IMG/VR virus record: IMGVR_UViG_3300037502_000876
Coordinates: 1-24,695 of that record
Source of the DNA: a virus
Lineage: Duplodnaviria; Caudoviricetes
Direction: 5' to 3' (one strand)
Length of the DNA: 24,695 bases
The translations under genes and the position numbers were made by a program. Numbering within the stretch: the stretch's first letter is position 1; every line of letters starts with the position of its first letter. The notes under the pieces were generated by a model. That model saw only the letters and a program-made list of their open reading frames with translations. It did no database searches and was not told where the DNA came from. Positions 1-8,078 of this stretch are shown here, one piece after another.

Positions 1-2
1 TT

Positions 3-761
3 GGTCGTGCCAGTATCGGAGGGGAACCTTTACCTTCCTGCTTTAAGGCGTTCGATTCCAACAAAATCATTGTCCGTCGTTCCGAAGTTTCGATGTTCGC
101 AGCAGCGCCAGGTGTGGGTAAATCAACTTTAGCATTAGCATTAGCACTTAAAATGAAAGTGCCGACGTTATATATATCGGCAGATACCAACGCTCATACG
201 ATGGCTATGCGATTAGCATCTATGATTTCGGGTAAGAGTCAGTCAGATGTAGAAGGAATGTTATCATCTGATGTAGGTTGGACTAAGGCTACTCTATCAA
301 AGAGTAGTCATATTGTTTGGTCATTTGAATCTGCGCCAACGCTTCAAGATATTGATGAAGAAGTGCAGGCATTTGAGGAACTATGGGGTTGCCCACCAGT
401 TCTAATTGTAGTAGATAATTTAATGGACGTAGCCACCGATGGTGGTGAAGAGTTCGCTTCTATGCGAGCCATTATGAAGGAGTTAAAGTATCTTGCTCGT
501 GCAACTAATGCTGCTGTTGTTGTGCTTCATCATACTAGTGAAGCAGTTACAGGTTCTCCGTGCCAACCGCGAAGTGCTATTCAGGGTAAGGTTGCACAAC
601 TACCTGCTCTCATCTGCACTCTCGGAGTTGTTGGGACCTCAATGGGAGTCGCGCCAGTTAAAAACAGATACGGAAGAGCAGACGCAGGAGGAGGCCTCAT
701 GACATGGATTGCCTTTAACCCTGAGTATATGTTCGTTGATGATATTCCAGAGAACCACTAA
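3..761 (+). CDS. DnaB-like (SF4) replicative helicase, 5' truncated by the window
   Basis: Frame is open from base 3 (GRASIGGEPLP...); Walker A AAPGVGKST, Walker B LIVVDNL, VVVLHH, and C-terminal VKNRYG arginine-finger motif. Confidence 0.88.
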   Translation, partial: GRASIGGEPLPSCFKAFDSNKIIVRRSEVSMFAAAPGVGKSTLALALALKMKVPTLYISADTNAHTMAMRLASMISGKSQSDVEGMLSSDVGWTKATLSKSSHIVWSFESAPTLQDIDEEVQAFEELWGCPPVLIVVDNLMDVATDGGEEFASMRAIMKELKYLARATNAAVVVLHHTSEAVTGSPCQPRSAIQGKVAQLPALICTLGVVGTSMGVAPVKNRYGRADAGGGLMTWIAFNPEYMFVDDIPENH

Positions 762-961
762 TGCAAAAAGATATCGGACGATACACAGTAACTATTGGAT
801 TTAATACTAGATATTGTTTTGGTATAGGGTTTGAAAGATATCCCATTATAGAATGGACTGAGTCAGACGTGGCAGAAGTTACCGCTTGGATTACTAGACT
901 TGACTTCCTATTCTTCTTCATTAACTTTGCTAAGTATCCTAAGGTGGCATGGCGTGAGTAG
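761..961 (+). CDS. Hypothetical protein, aromatic and beta-rich
   Basis: ATG overlaps the helicase stop (TAATG); fills the gap in the operon; resembles the ORF at 5339..5488. Confidence 0.7.
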   Translation: MQKDIGRYTVTIGFNTRYCFGIGFERYPIIEWTESDVAEVTAWITRLDFLFFFINFAKYPKVAWRE

Positions 962-1307
962 TTATGGTAAACGCAAAGGTGCAACCTTTGAAACTTCAGT
1001 AATGAAATGGTTAAGGTCTAAGAAAGTATTTGCTGAACGCCTAACTAAAGCAGGCTCTAAGGATGAAGGCGACATAGTTACTATGGTTGCTGGGCAAACT
1101 TACATCTTTGAATTAAAAGCAACAAAGAAGATTGACTTACCTAAGTTCTGGGCAGAAGCCACAGTTGAAGCAGAGAACTATGCTAAGGCTAGAGGCCTAG
1201 ATGAAACTCCGCCTAGGTATGTTATAATTAAAAGACGCATGGCTGGTATAGATAAAGCCTGGGTAGTAGAGAATTTGGAGCAATGGATTGAGAGGAACTG
1301 TGAATGA
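954..1307 (+). CDS. Holliday junction resolvase (Hjc-like PD-(D/E)XK nuclease)
   Basis: GTG at 954 after AAGGTGG; motifs KRKGATFE, DEGDI, IFELKA. Confidence 0.8.
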   Translation: MSSYGKRKGATFETSVMKWLRSKKVFAERLTKAGSKDEGDIVTMVAGQTYIFELKATKKIDLPKFWAEATVEAENYAKARGLDETPPRYVIIKRRMAGIDKAWVVENLEQWIERNCE

Positions 1308-1665
1308 CTTACCGAGTATTAGAGAAATACTTATCCATTATGGAGCGAGTGTACGCCAAGGTCATGGTCAAGTCAATCTCAAATGTCCTTTTCATGGTGA
1401 CACGCACCAAAGTGGGAGTGCGAATCTTGATGAGAATATTTTCATCTGCTTTGCTTGTGGAGTCCAGGGCAATTCGTTACAAATCGTTGCGCAACAAGAA
1501 AGGGTAGACATCCGTGAAGCAAAAGGAATCGCAGAAAGAATTGCTGGGACAAGCAACTCAGAAGTACGCGGCAAACATTTATCAGGCAGAAGCCTACCTA
1601 AAAAGTCGCGGTATAACAATGGAAACAGCACGGTTGGCTCGATTAGGCGTAGTCGCGGAGCCTGA
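1300..1665 (+). CDS. Primase CHC2 zinc-binding domain protein
   Basis: CPFHGD...SA...FICFACG; GTG start at 1300 is inferred; the 3' 152 nt overlap the Toprim ORF. Confidence 0.85.
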   Translation: MNDLPSIREILIHYGASVRQGHGQVNLKCPFHGDTHQSGSANLDENIFICFACGVQGNSLQIVAQQERVDIREAKGIAERIAGTSNSEVRGKHLSGRSLPKKSRYNNGNSTVGSIRRSRGA

Positions 1666-2137
1666 GGTTGGACATGAAGCATTCACAGGACGATTATCCA
1701 TACCGTATATTACCAAGAGTGGCGTTGTCGATTTGCGTTTTCGCTCTCTTAATCCTGCTGTTGAACCTAAGTACATGGGAATGACTGGCTCAGATACTAA
1801 GATGTATAATGTTTTAGATATAGAAAAAGCAGGAGACTACATTGGTATATGTGAGGGTGAGATAGATACAATTACTATGTCATCACTAGTAGGTATACCA
1901 TGTGTCGGCGTGCCTGGTGCTAACAGTTGGAAGAAACATTACACTAGATTACTTGCTGACTTTGAAAGAGTGTTTGTCTTTGCTGATGGAGACCAGCCAG
2001 GAAAAGAATTTGCTACATCATTAGCAAGAGAGTTACCAATTACTATTATACAATTACCTGATGGACAGGATGTAAACTCTATGTTCGTCCAAGAAGGTTC
2101 ACAATACTTCCTTCAGAAGGTAGGAGTAAATGATTAG
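1514..2137 (+). CDS. DNA primase catalytic (Toprim) subunit
   Basis: RLSIPY, PKY, ICEGEIDT, GVPGA, FADGDQPG, DVN motifs; own SD (AAAGGG) before GTG. Confidence 0.9.
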   Translation: MKQKESQKELLGQATQKYAANIYQAEAYLKSRGITMETARLARLGVVAEPEVGHEAFTGRLSIPYITKSGVVDLRFRSLNPAVEPKYMGMTGSDTKMYNVLDIEKAGDYIGICEGEIDTITMSSLVGIPCVGVPGANSWKKHYTRLLADFERVFVFADGDQPGKEFATSLARELPITIIQLPDGQDVNSMFVQEGSQYFLQKVGVND

Positions 2138-2471
2138 GAAAAAGATTCCACCATGTCCTGAATGTGGTGAGCACTTCGAGAATGCATTCGATGCAACCGA
2201 CCATCTATTAGAAGATGACGAAGAGTTTGACCCAGCATTAGTGTTACCAAATGGGTATAGACTAATGATTGGTTCTTTGCTTAGATGTATATACAGATAC
2301 GCTGATAGTCCAGAGAACATCAAAGGAATAGCAGAGTCTACTTATATGACATTGTTTACAGCAGAGACACAACCTAATGTAGTGGCAGGCATAATCGAAG
2401 ATATGATAGTTGACACACAGATGACGGACTTAGATGAAGAACTTAAAAAACTACTTGAAAGAGGGGAGTGA
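2130..2471 (+). CDS. Hypothetical protein with N-terminal zinc-finger-like motif
   Basis: CPECGEHF...DH; SD GGAG; overlaps the primase stop. Confidence 0.75.
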   Translation: MIRKKIPPCPECGEHFENAFDATDHLLEDDEEFDPALVLPNGYRLMIGSLLRCIYRYADSPENIKGIAESTYMTLFTAETQPNVVAGIIEDMIVDTQMTDLDEELKKLLERGE

Positions 2472-2586
2472 CGAATGGCAAATCATACAGCACTTAATAA
2501 ATCAAGGGTTCAAGATAACGGACATAACCATAAATCAATCGGGGTTAGAGGTGAAGATATCAGTTCCACTTTCGAAAGAGATGTAG
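2434..2586 (+). CDS. Possible overlapping 50-aa protein
   Basis: Manual translation MKNLKNYLKEGSDEWQIIQHLINQGFKITDITINQSGLEVKISVPLSKEM; amphipathic helix-strand-strand pattern; lies almost wholly within its two neighbours. Confidence 0.35.
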   Translation: MKNLKNYLKEGSDEWQIIQHLINQGFKITDITINQSGLEVKISVPLSKEM

Positions 2587-2840
2587 ATAAAGCATTCAGA
2601 GAACTAGAAAAACTATTGCTATCCAAGCATAGGGATTATGGTCCACGCAATATTGCCGACGCACCTGGCGGTGCAATCAATGGTCTTCGTGTTAGGATGC
2701 ATGATAAACTAGCACGGATAAATAACTTAGTTGACAACAATAAAAATCCAGAGCACGAATCACTTGAAGATTCCTTCAAGGATATGGCTAACTACGCAAT
2801 CATAGGACTGCTAGTTCTGAGAGATAAATGGGATAAGTAA
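2475..2840 (+). CDS. Nucleotide modification associated domain 1 (Nmad1/DUF1599-like) protein
   Basis: KHRDYG, RMHDKLARI, ESLEDSFKDMANYAII motifs. Confidence 0.75.
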   Translation: MANHTALNKSRVQDNGHNHKSIGVRGEDISSTFERDVDKAFRELEKLLLSKHRDYGPRNIADAPGGAINGLRVRMHDKLARINNLVDNNKNPEHESLEDSFKDMANYAIIGLLVLRDKWDK

Positions 2841-3581
2841 ATGAAAGTTATAGTCTGCGTGTCAGATTTGCAAGTGCCTTACCATGATAGGAAGGCAGTC
2901 TCTGTCCTTTCCCGTTTCATTAAGTCTTATAAACCTGATGAAGTAATATCAGTCGGAGATGAAATGGATATGCAGACCATTTCTAAATGGAGTAAGGGAA
3001 CTGATTTAGAACACGAGAAGTCTATCGGTAAAGATAGAGATGAAACATATCGTGTATTAGAATCATTAAAGATTAAACATATGATTCGTAGTAATCATAC
3101 GGATAGATTGTTTAATACTATTAAGATGAGAGCACCTGGACTCGCAGGTTTACCTGAATTAGAGTTAAAAAACTTCTTGAAACTTGATGATTTGGGTATC
3201 AAATACCACGAAAAACCCTATGAATTAGCCCCAAATTGGCTACTTTTGCATGGTGATGAGGGTAATGTCCAGCCTACTGCTGGTGCTACCGCATTGGGAT
3301 TAGCCAAGCGTGCAGGTATGAGCGTAGTCTGTGGACATACGCACCGCATGGGTCTCACACATTACACACAGTCATACTTCGGTGGTCATCCAAAGACTTT
3401 ATGGGGTATGGAAGTTGGTTGTTTGATGGACTTTAAGTTCGCTAAGTATGTAAAGGGTGGACTGTTCACATGGCACAAGGGCTTTGGTGTCTTGTATGTA
3501 GATGGAAATAAAGTTATACCACATCTCGTTCCAGTTAATATGGACGGGTCATTTGTATTTGATGGAAAGGTTTGGAAATAA
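2841..3581 (+). CDS. Calcineurin-like metallophosphoesterase
   Basis: SDLQ, GDEMD, SNH, LLHGD, GHTH motifs. Confidence 0.88.
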   Translation: MKVIVCVSDLQVPYHDRKAVSVLSRFIKSYKPDEVISVGDEMDMQTISKWSKGTDLEHEKSIGKDRDETYRVLESLKIKHMIRSNHTDRLFNTIKMRAPGLAGLPELELKNFLKLDDLGIKYHEKPYELAPNWLLLHGDEGNVQPTAGATALGLAKRAGMSVVCGHTHRMGLTHYTQSYFGGHPKTLWGMEVGCLMDFKFAKYVKGGLFTWHKGFGVLYVDGNKVIPHLVPVNMDGSFVFDGKVWK

Positions 3582-3587
3582 TTTAAT

Positions 3588-4310
3588 ATGGATTGGCAAC
3601 GCATTGAGAAGTGGGACTATGTAGTGGTCGCTGTCGCTTCTGAATACCATAAGAAGTTTACTATGGTAGAGATGGAAGACATTAAACAATCACTGTATCA
3701 ATGGTTCGTTGAGCACCCAAATAAACTTGATGAGTGGGAAGCAATAGGTGAGAAGGACGCTAAGAACTTAATCTATCGTTCACTTAGGAATCAAGCATTG
3801 GATTATTGTCAGCGTTGGAAAGCCAAGTCAGTTGGCTATGATGTTGCTGACTTACATTACTATGAGCCAGTAATTGTTGAGGCTATCTTACCAGCAGTAT
3901 TGCGTGGTGAGTATGGTGTAAGTCATAAGTTAAATCTAGGTGGGACTAATCGCCCACAAGCACCATCAGAAGGTGGTAACTTAAATGTAATGATGTTTGA
4001 GATTGACTCTGCGTATTACAAGTTAAGTAAAGAGGATAGAAAATTACTATTCTTGCGACACGCAGAGTCTCTCGACTTCAAGGAGATAGCGAACTTCCTT
4101 GAATTGTTTAGCGAGGATACTGCTCGGATGAGACACAAGCGAGCAGTTAAAAGATTAATAAATAAGATAGGTGGATTCAGACCATATCTTGAAGAGGACT
4201 CACCCGATAAAGAGAAGTCCGAAGTAGATGAAGTAGAAGAAACTAATCACGCTACCGATGAACATGAGTGGCACGATGACAGGGGCGAGGAAGATAAGCA
4301 GGTCAGTTAG
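3588..4310 (+). CDS. Sigma-70-like RNA polymerase sigma factor
   Basis: Region 2-like EDIKQSLYQWF...YRSLRNQALDY; region 4-like LSKEDRKLLFLRHAESLDFKEIA...ARMRHKRAVKRL. Confidence 0.75.
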   Translation: MDWQRIEKWDYVVVAVASEYHKKFTMVEMEDIKQSLYQWFVEHPNKLDEWEAIGEKDAKNLIYRSLRNQALDYCQRWKAKSVGYDVADLHYYEPVIVEAILPAVLRGEYGVSHKLNLGGTNRPQAPSEGGNLNVMMFEIDSAYYKLSKEDRKLLFLRHAESLDFKEIANFLELFSEDTARMRHKRAVKRLINKIGGFRPYLEEDSPDKEKSEVDEVEETNHATDEHEWHDDRGEEDKQVS

Positions 4311-4319
4311 TCTTCTCAT
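4200..4319 (-). CDS. Possible 39-aa membrane peptide, antisense to the sigma-factor tail
   Basis: Manual translation MRRLTDLLIFLAPVIVPLMFIGSVISFFYFIYFGLLFIG; the start overlaps the end of the upstream minus-strand ORF. Confidence 0.45.
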   Translation of the reverse strand: MRRLTDLLIFLAPVIVPLMFIGSVISFFYFIYFGLLFIG

Positions 4320-4440
4320 CCCACATCCATTCCTGTTCCATTGGGTCGACCCACAGGCTCTCGCCATAGTCTGCCCAAAACTTTGCTAGCATTTCATCTT
4401 CTTCATCTTGCTTAGTAATGCCAGGTGGTCTGTTACTCAT
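4303..4440 (-). CDS. Small acidic hypothetical protein (45 aa)
   Basis: MSNRPPGITKQDEEDEMLAKFWADYGESLWVDPMEQEWMWDEKTN; SD GGGGAG; overlaps the upstream stop. Confidence 0.65.
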   Translation of the reverse strand: MSNRPPGITKQDEEDEMLAKFWADYGESLWVDPMEQEWMWDEKTN

Positions 4441-4564
4441 CGTCTCCCCACATTCTATCAGGTTCACCGCACACACAATGGCGTTCTAGTTCATTACAGT
4501 TATCACATTCATCTGCTAATCCTAAAGCAACATCATCGCCCATTAACCACATAGGCTCACTCAT
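4433..4564 (-). CDS. Small Cys-containing protein (43 aa)
   Basis: MSEPMWLMGDDVALGLADECDNCNELERHCVCGEPDRMWGDDE; CxxC...CxC; overlaps both neighbours. Confidence 0.65.
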   Translation of the reverse strand: MSEPMWLMGDDVALGLADECDNCNELERHCVCGEPDRMWGDDE

Positions 4565-4733
4565 GTTGCTTGCTTCTTTCAGGTAATGTATATTTATACA
4601 TGGTCACACTACCTTCGCTATCGCTAAATAAGTTATCGAAGTTGCCATCAAGTAGTCCATATAAATCTTCATTAGAAAAATCTACATCAACATCTAGTTG
4701 CAGTTCGAATTTAATTGTCTCAAATGTTGTCAT
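4557..4733 (-). CDS. Small acidic hypothetical protein (58 aa)
   Basis: MTTFETIKFELQLDVDVDFSNEDLYGLLDG...; SD GAAAGGA. Confidence 0.65.
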   Translation of the reverse strand: MTTFETIKFELQLDVDVDFSNEDLYGLLDGNFDNLFSDSEGSVTMYKYTLPERSKQHE

Positions 4734-4734
4734 A

Positions 4735-4941
4735 CTATCCTTTCCAATATGGTTTACTCTTAGTCTTTACTGCTATCAGTTCTTTGTATTGCCGCTGCCC
4801 TGCGTCTAAAGCAGTAGCGTATCTATCTAGCCTAGCAATTATTTCTTGGGCTAGATGATAAGACTCTAACTTCTTAAAGCCAAAGCCCATTAGTGTGTTG
4901 ACAACCTTGTCGTGTCTATCACTATGATACTTCAATACCAT
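4735..4941 (-). CDS. Hypothetical protein
   Basis: Track ORF 4735..4956; the ATG at 4941 has SD GAGGA. Confidence 0.6.
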   Translation of the reverse strand: MVLKYHSDRHDKVVNTLMGFGFKKLESYHLAQEIIARLDRYATALDAGQRQYKELIAVKTKSKPYWKG

Positions 4942-5020
4942 CTTTATCCTCTTCATCTATCCCAAACATATCAGCAAGCATTTTGTTTGCTTGTTCTAAT
5001 ACTTGAATTGTTTCGTCCAT
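4922..5020 (-). CDS. Small hypothetical protein (32 aa)
   Basis: MDETIQVLEQANKMLADMFGIDEEDKDGIEVS; strong SD AGGAGGA; abuts the upstream stop. Confidence 0.6.
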   Translation of the reverse strand: MDETIQVLEQANKMLADMFGIDEEDKDGIEVS

Positions 5021-5197
5021 TTATCCTCCTGTTGAGTAGAAGCCTGTCCCATTAAACTTTACTGGAACTGCGTTGTATTCTCTACGCATTTCCCTACCGC
5101 ATTGTGGGCAGTCAACTACATTATCTCTGTCGTCTACCTTGCGAGATAATACTAACTGTGTCTTGTCATCAAGACATCTATACTCATATGTCGGCAT
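5021..5197 (-). CDS. FmdB-family zinc ribbon protein (58 aa)
   Basis: MPTYEYRC...CPQCG...VKFNGTGFYSTGG matches the family pattern. Confidence 0.85.
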   Translation of the reverse strand: MPTYEYRCLDDKTQLVLSRKVDDRDNVVDCPQCGREMRREYNAVPVKFNGTGFYSTGG

Positions 5198-5339
5198 CTA
5201 TAACTTCTTTTCCTTTGGTATTATATCCGTCGAGCCATATGTTAATTAGAAGTTCTCTTACTCTATCTTCTGACCAAGCGTCAGCACATAAGAAGGTAGC
5301 CATTTCATCTAGCCATACTCTTGCCTCTGCGTTTATCAT
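5184..5339 (-). CDS. Small hypothetical protein (51 aa)
   Basis: MINAEARVWLDEMATFLCADAWSEDRVRELLINIWLDGY...; TAATG coupling, SD GGGAG. Confidence 0.65.
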   Translation of the reverse strand: MINAEARVWLDEMATFLCADAWSEDRVRELLINIWLDGYNTKGKEVIDADI

Positions 5340-5488
5340 TAGAACTCCCAACTAATCCAAAAGAATACTAAGTCTAAGTCAAGGGTATATTTATTCAGAC
5401 CGAAGCCTATACCTATACCTCTAAAGTTATAACCTAAACTTAAGTATGACCTGCCTATCTTAAACTGTCTTACCTTAGATAACTTCAT
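5339..5488 (-). CDS. Hypothetical protein, aromatic and beta-rich (49 aa)
   Basis: MKLSKVRQFKIGRSYLSLGYNFRGIGIGFG...LDLVFFWISWEF; TAATG coupling at 5488; SD GAGGA. Confidence 0.7.
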   Translation of the reverse strand: MKLSKVRQFKIGRSYLSLGYNFRGIGIGFGLNKYTLDLDLVFFWISWEF

Positions 5489-5727
5489 TAGTCTATCCTC
5501 TCTGCGTCGATTGGTGTCGGCGCTGTTGCTCTTGTGCCACACATAGCACACTCCATATCTAGGAAATACATATCTATATCTCCGCTATCGCTATCAAACT
5601 TAACCTTTAGCGACCATACATTACAACCGCAAGGGCATACCGAAGTTGGATTACCTCGTATATCCATAGCATTATTGTAATCCTTTGGTTTCATATCATA
5701 GATACTCTTGTATCTCTTTGGTTTCAT
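5488..5727 (-). CDS. Zinc-binding hypothetical protein
   Basis: CPCG...CAMCG...APTP; TAATG coupling at 5727. Confidence 0.7.
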   Translation of the reverse strand: MKPKRYKSIYDMKPKDYNNAMDIRGNPTSVCPCGCNVWSLKVKFDSDSGDIDMYFLDMECAMCGTRATAPTPIDAERID

Positions 5728-6137
5728 TAGTGATAACCCTTCTTCTGAAAGAATGCCCAAGCATTACAAGGCGTATCATATCTGTGGTAGATATACTTAA
5801 GCCCTCTGTCAATTTGAATTGTTGCTGGTGTCGCAGGGTCTAAGCCTAGTAACTGCGGAATACCGCCAGCATTCTTGCCCATTACTTTAATCTTATTAAA
5901 TGCTTCGGGTCTCCAAGCACTCTCTTTGCCCCATAGTTTAACCAAACATCTGTATTCTCTGTAATGCCAATCAAGTAATTGGTCTAGTGCGTAGGCTTTA
6001 CTATCTTCTACTGTCCACTTCTTCTCTTGATTATCTTTCAGATATTTATTAGTTGCGTCTGTCAATGGGAAAGCCGAAGCAAAGCCAAGAACAAAAGCAA
6101 GCACGACTGATAGTATAACTCTATACCTGTTTCTCAT
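5727..6137 (-). CDS. Secreted or membrane-anchored lytic transglycosylase-like protein (lysozyme fold)
   Basis: N-terminal hydrophobic segment; LWGKESAW (catalytic E-S), AGGIPQ, QIDRGLKYI..RY..PC.AW. Confidence 0.8.
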   Translation of the reverse strand: MRNRYRVILSVVLAFVLGFASAFPLTDATNKYLKDNQEKKWTVEDSKAYALDQLLDWHYREYRCLVKLWGKESAWRPEAFNKIKVMGKNAGGIPQLLGLDPATPATIQIDRGLKYIYHRYDTPCNAWAFFQKKGYH

Positions 6138-6552
6138 ATCTCTCCTCTTCGTTGAACTTTATTCTGTTCCTAACTTTATTAGCAAATGTAACCTTCTTAC
6201 TTCTATCAAAGCCGACTATCGGAACTCCTGCTGCGACAAGTCTTTCACCTGCCATAACACCACCCCATACGCCATGCTCTAAGTTATCCTTACGCATACC
6301 TTCTTCTAAGCATAAGTCTTTAACGCTACACATACTACATATCTCTAGTGCTTGTATAGTTCTAGCAACTAACATCTCACTATCTTTAATGGAAGGTCTG
6401 CCCGACCTCTCTTGCTCCATTTCATCAGAGAACCATAGGTCAGGGTCGTCGCTGTTGCGACATAATCCGTTCTTACTTAGTATATTTTTATTCTCTTTAC
6501 TGCCACGATTGACAGTATAGTAATTCCAAAATGTTGCTTGACCCTTCTTCAT
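6121..6552 (-). CDS. whiB: WhiB-family transcriptional regulator
   Basis: C...DPDLWF...ICxxC...LC...GVWGG: four Cys plus the GVWGG turn. Confidence 0.9.
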   Translation of the reverse strand: MKKGQATFWNYYTVNRGSKENKNILSKNGLCRNSDDPDLWFSDEMEQERSGRPSIKDSEMLVARTIQALEICSMCSVKDLCLEEGMRKDNLEHGVWGGVMAGERLVAAGVPIVGFDRSKKVTFANKVRNRIKFNEEERYEKQV

Positions 6553-6554
6553 GT

Positions 6555-6752
6555 CTATCCTCTACTGTAAGTAGGAACACATACCGCTTGTATGGTAGCG
6601 TTCCTTAATTGTATAGCCCATGCTTGGGCTTCTTCTAAGTTATTAAATAGACCATAGGATACCACGCCATCTTCGGTATCTGTTAGTGTAATATAACCTG
6701 CTCTCCATGAGCCAGCAGGTTCATGATTAACTACAATATCTTGTGATGACAT
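6555..6752 (-). CDS. Hypothetical protein
   Basis: 65-aa ORF with SD GAAAGGA. Confidence 0.7.
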   Translation of the reverse strand: MSSQDIVVNHEPAGSWRAGYITLTDTEDGVVSYGLFNNLEEAQAWAIQLRNATIQAVCVPTYSRG

Positions 6753-6779
6753 GGTATCCTTTCGGTTAGGTGGTATATA

Positions 6780-7058
6780 TTAGGCAGAGAACACGACATC
6801 GACATATCCGTCAAGTCGTGAGTGGGTAGCAATAAGACCCTTCTTACCTGTTAAATGCTTGTATGTGCCGTCGCCTAGCGAAACCCATACTGACTTAGGC
6901 TTGAAGCGTGATTGCTCTGCCTTAGCCTTTACAATAGTTCCACGAGGATAGAAGTCATTGTCCATATCTAGTGGAAGTGAAGTGAGTTCGTCTACAATAT
7001 CTTGTAGAGAGTAAGCGATACTTGTTAGGTAATCGCTATTGATTGTCGTTGATGACAT
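6780..7058 (-). CDS. Hypothetical protein
   Basis: 92-aa ORF with SD GAAAGG. Confidence 0.75.
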   Translation of the reverse strand: MSSTTINSDYLTSIAYSLQDIVDELTSLPLDMDNDFYPRGTIVKAKAEQSRFKPKSVWVSLGDGTYKHLTGKKGLIATHSRLDGYVDVVFSA

Positions 7059-7111
7059 ATCATTACCTTTCGTTGTCGTGTTATCTACCTAGCACCTTAC
7101 TAGATAGAGGG

Positions 7112-7139
7112 TGAGCAGTTTAATGTCGTGCTCAGGACA
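7112..7139 (-). ncRNA. Compact H-type pseudoknot in intergenic mRNA
   Basis: Minus strand UGUC-C-UGAGCA-C-GACA-UUAAAC-UGCUCA: S1 UGUC/GACA, S2 UGAGCA/UGCUCA. Confidence 0.55.
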
Positions 7140-7173
7140 ATCCGCTAACCGCAATCAAGGGCTAGAAGGAATA

Positions 7174-8067
7174 CTAGAAGTCGAGTGGCTCTTTACTATA
7201 CCACTTCTTTGAGTGCCAATTATCATCTGATAAGTAGCGATTTATATACTCTTGTTCTTGGACTATGGAGAACTTGTCGGCTTCATTGTAGCACATACAA
7301 TCTGTCATAGTCATACCGCAATCGAAGCAGTTCATACACATATCGCAGTAGTATGGATTGTCGTCCATATTTACATCTTCATCACACCACATACACTTGG
7401 CTAGTATATCGGTGTCATCTTCCATGCTCATGCTTATCTGCTTGTCGAGATAGTCATCATACCCATAGTAGTTAGTGTATGAAGTAGTGCGTGGTGTGGA
7501 TTGTGTGCGCTTGTGTGATTGGTTAGACCACCACACACCGCTATCGTCCCATGTGCCTAGACTTTCGTTAATAATATACATGGTATATTTGGCACTAGGG
7601 TCTAAGGTCATGATTGCTACCTTACTACCACTAGCCCAAGACGACACCATATCATATACATATTCGTCATCTAACGCAGACACACCACCTAATCGTGGCA
7701 GTAATTCTTCTGCCATGATACGAGTATCACTACGCTTATCACCTTTCGGTATATGAATATCTAACACGCCATTGTGAGCGAGATAAGTCAAGTCGCTACC
7801 ACCTACTTGGAAAGGGTGGCAGTTCTGTTCGTTCTTAACACCATGCGTAGCGTATCGTGCGTGCCACATAGCGTAGCCTTCGGGATACTGCTCACGCAGT
7901 TCTAAGAACCGCTTGACCGACTTCTTCGCAGACATACTGCGTTCAGATATAATACCTTCGGGTGTCTGTATCGCAAAGCCAAAGCCATGCGGATTACTAC
8001 ACGCACCATTGTGTAAGTCATCTTTACTCGGTGTCGAGTTAGGATTACATACTACCAATAGACACAT
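7174..8067 (-). CDS. Class II glutamine amidotransferase (Ntn) with Cys-rich C-terminus
   Basis: N-terminal MC, NPHGFG, HARYATHG, NCHPF, AHNG, SDT motifs. Confidence 0.9.
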   Translation of the reverse strand: MCLLVVCNPNSTPSKDDLHNGACSNPHGFGFAIQTPEGIISERSMSAKKSVKRFLELREQYPEGYAMWHARYATHGVKNEQNCHPFQVGGSDLTYLAHNGVLDIHIPKGDKRSDTRIMAEELLPRLGGVSALDDEYVYDMVSSWASGSKVAIMTLDPSAKYTMYIINESLGTWDDSGVWWSNQSHKRTQSTPRTTSYTNYYGYDDYLDKQISMSMEDDTDILAKCMWCDEDVNMDDNPYYCDMCMNCFDCGMTMTDCMCYNEADKFSIVQEQEYINRYLSDDNWHSKKWYSKEPLDF

Positions 8068-8078
8068 AACTACCCCCC

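Noticed and set aside
4433-5197. Small proteins ending in GG or GDDE as Pup/ubiquitin-like tags for the amidoligase
   Set aside because: The GG end belongs to an ordinary FmdB-type tail and neither protein resembles Pup (GGE/GGQ terminus); too speculative
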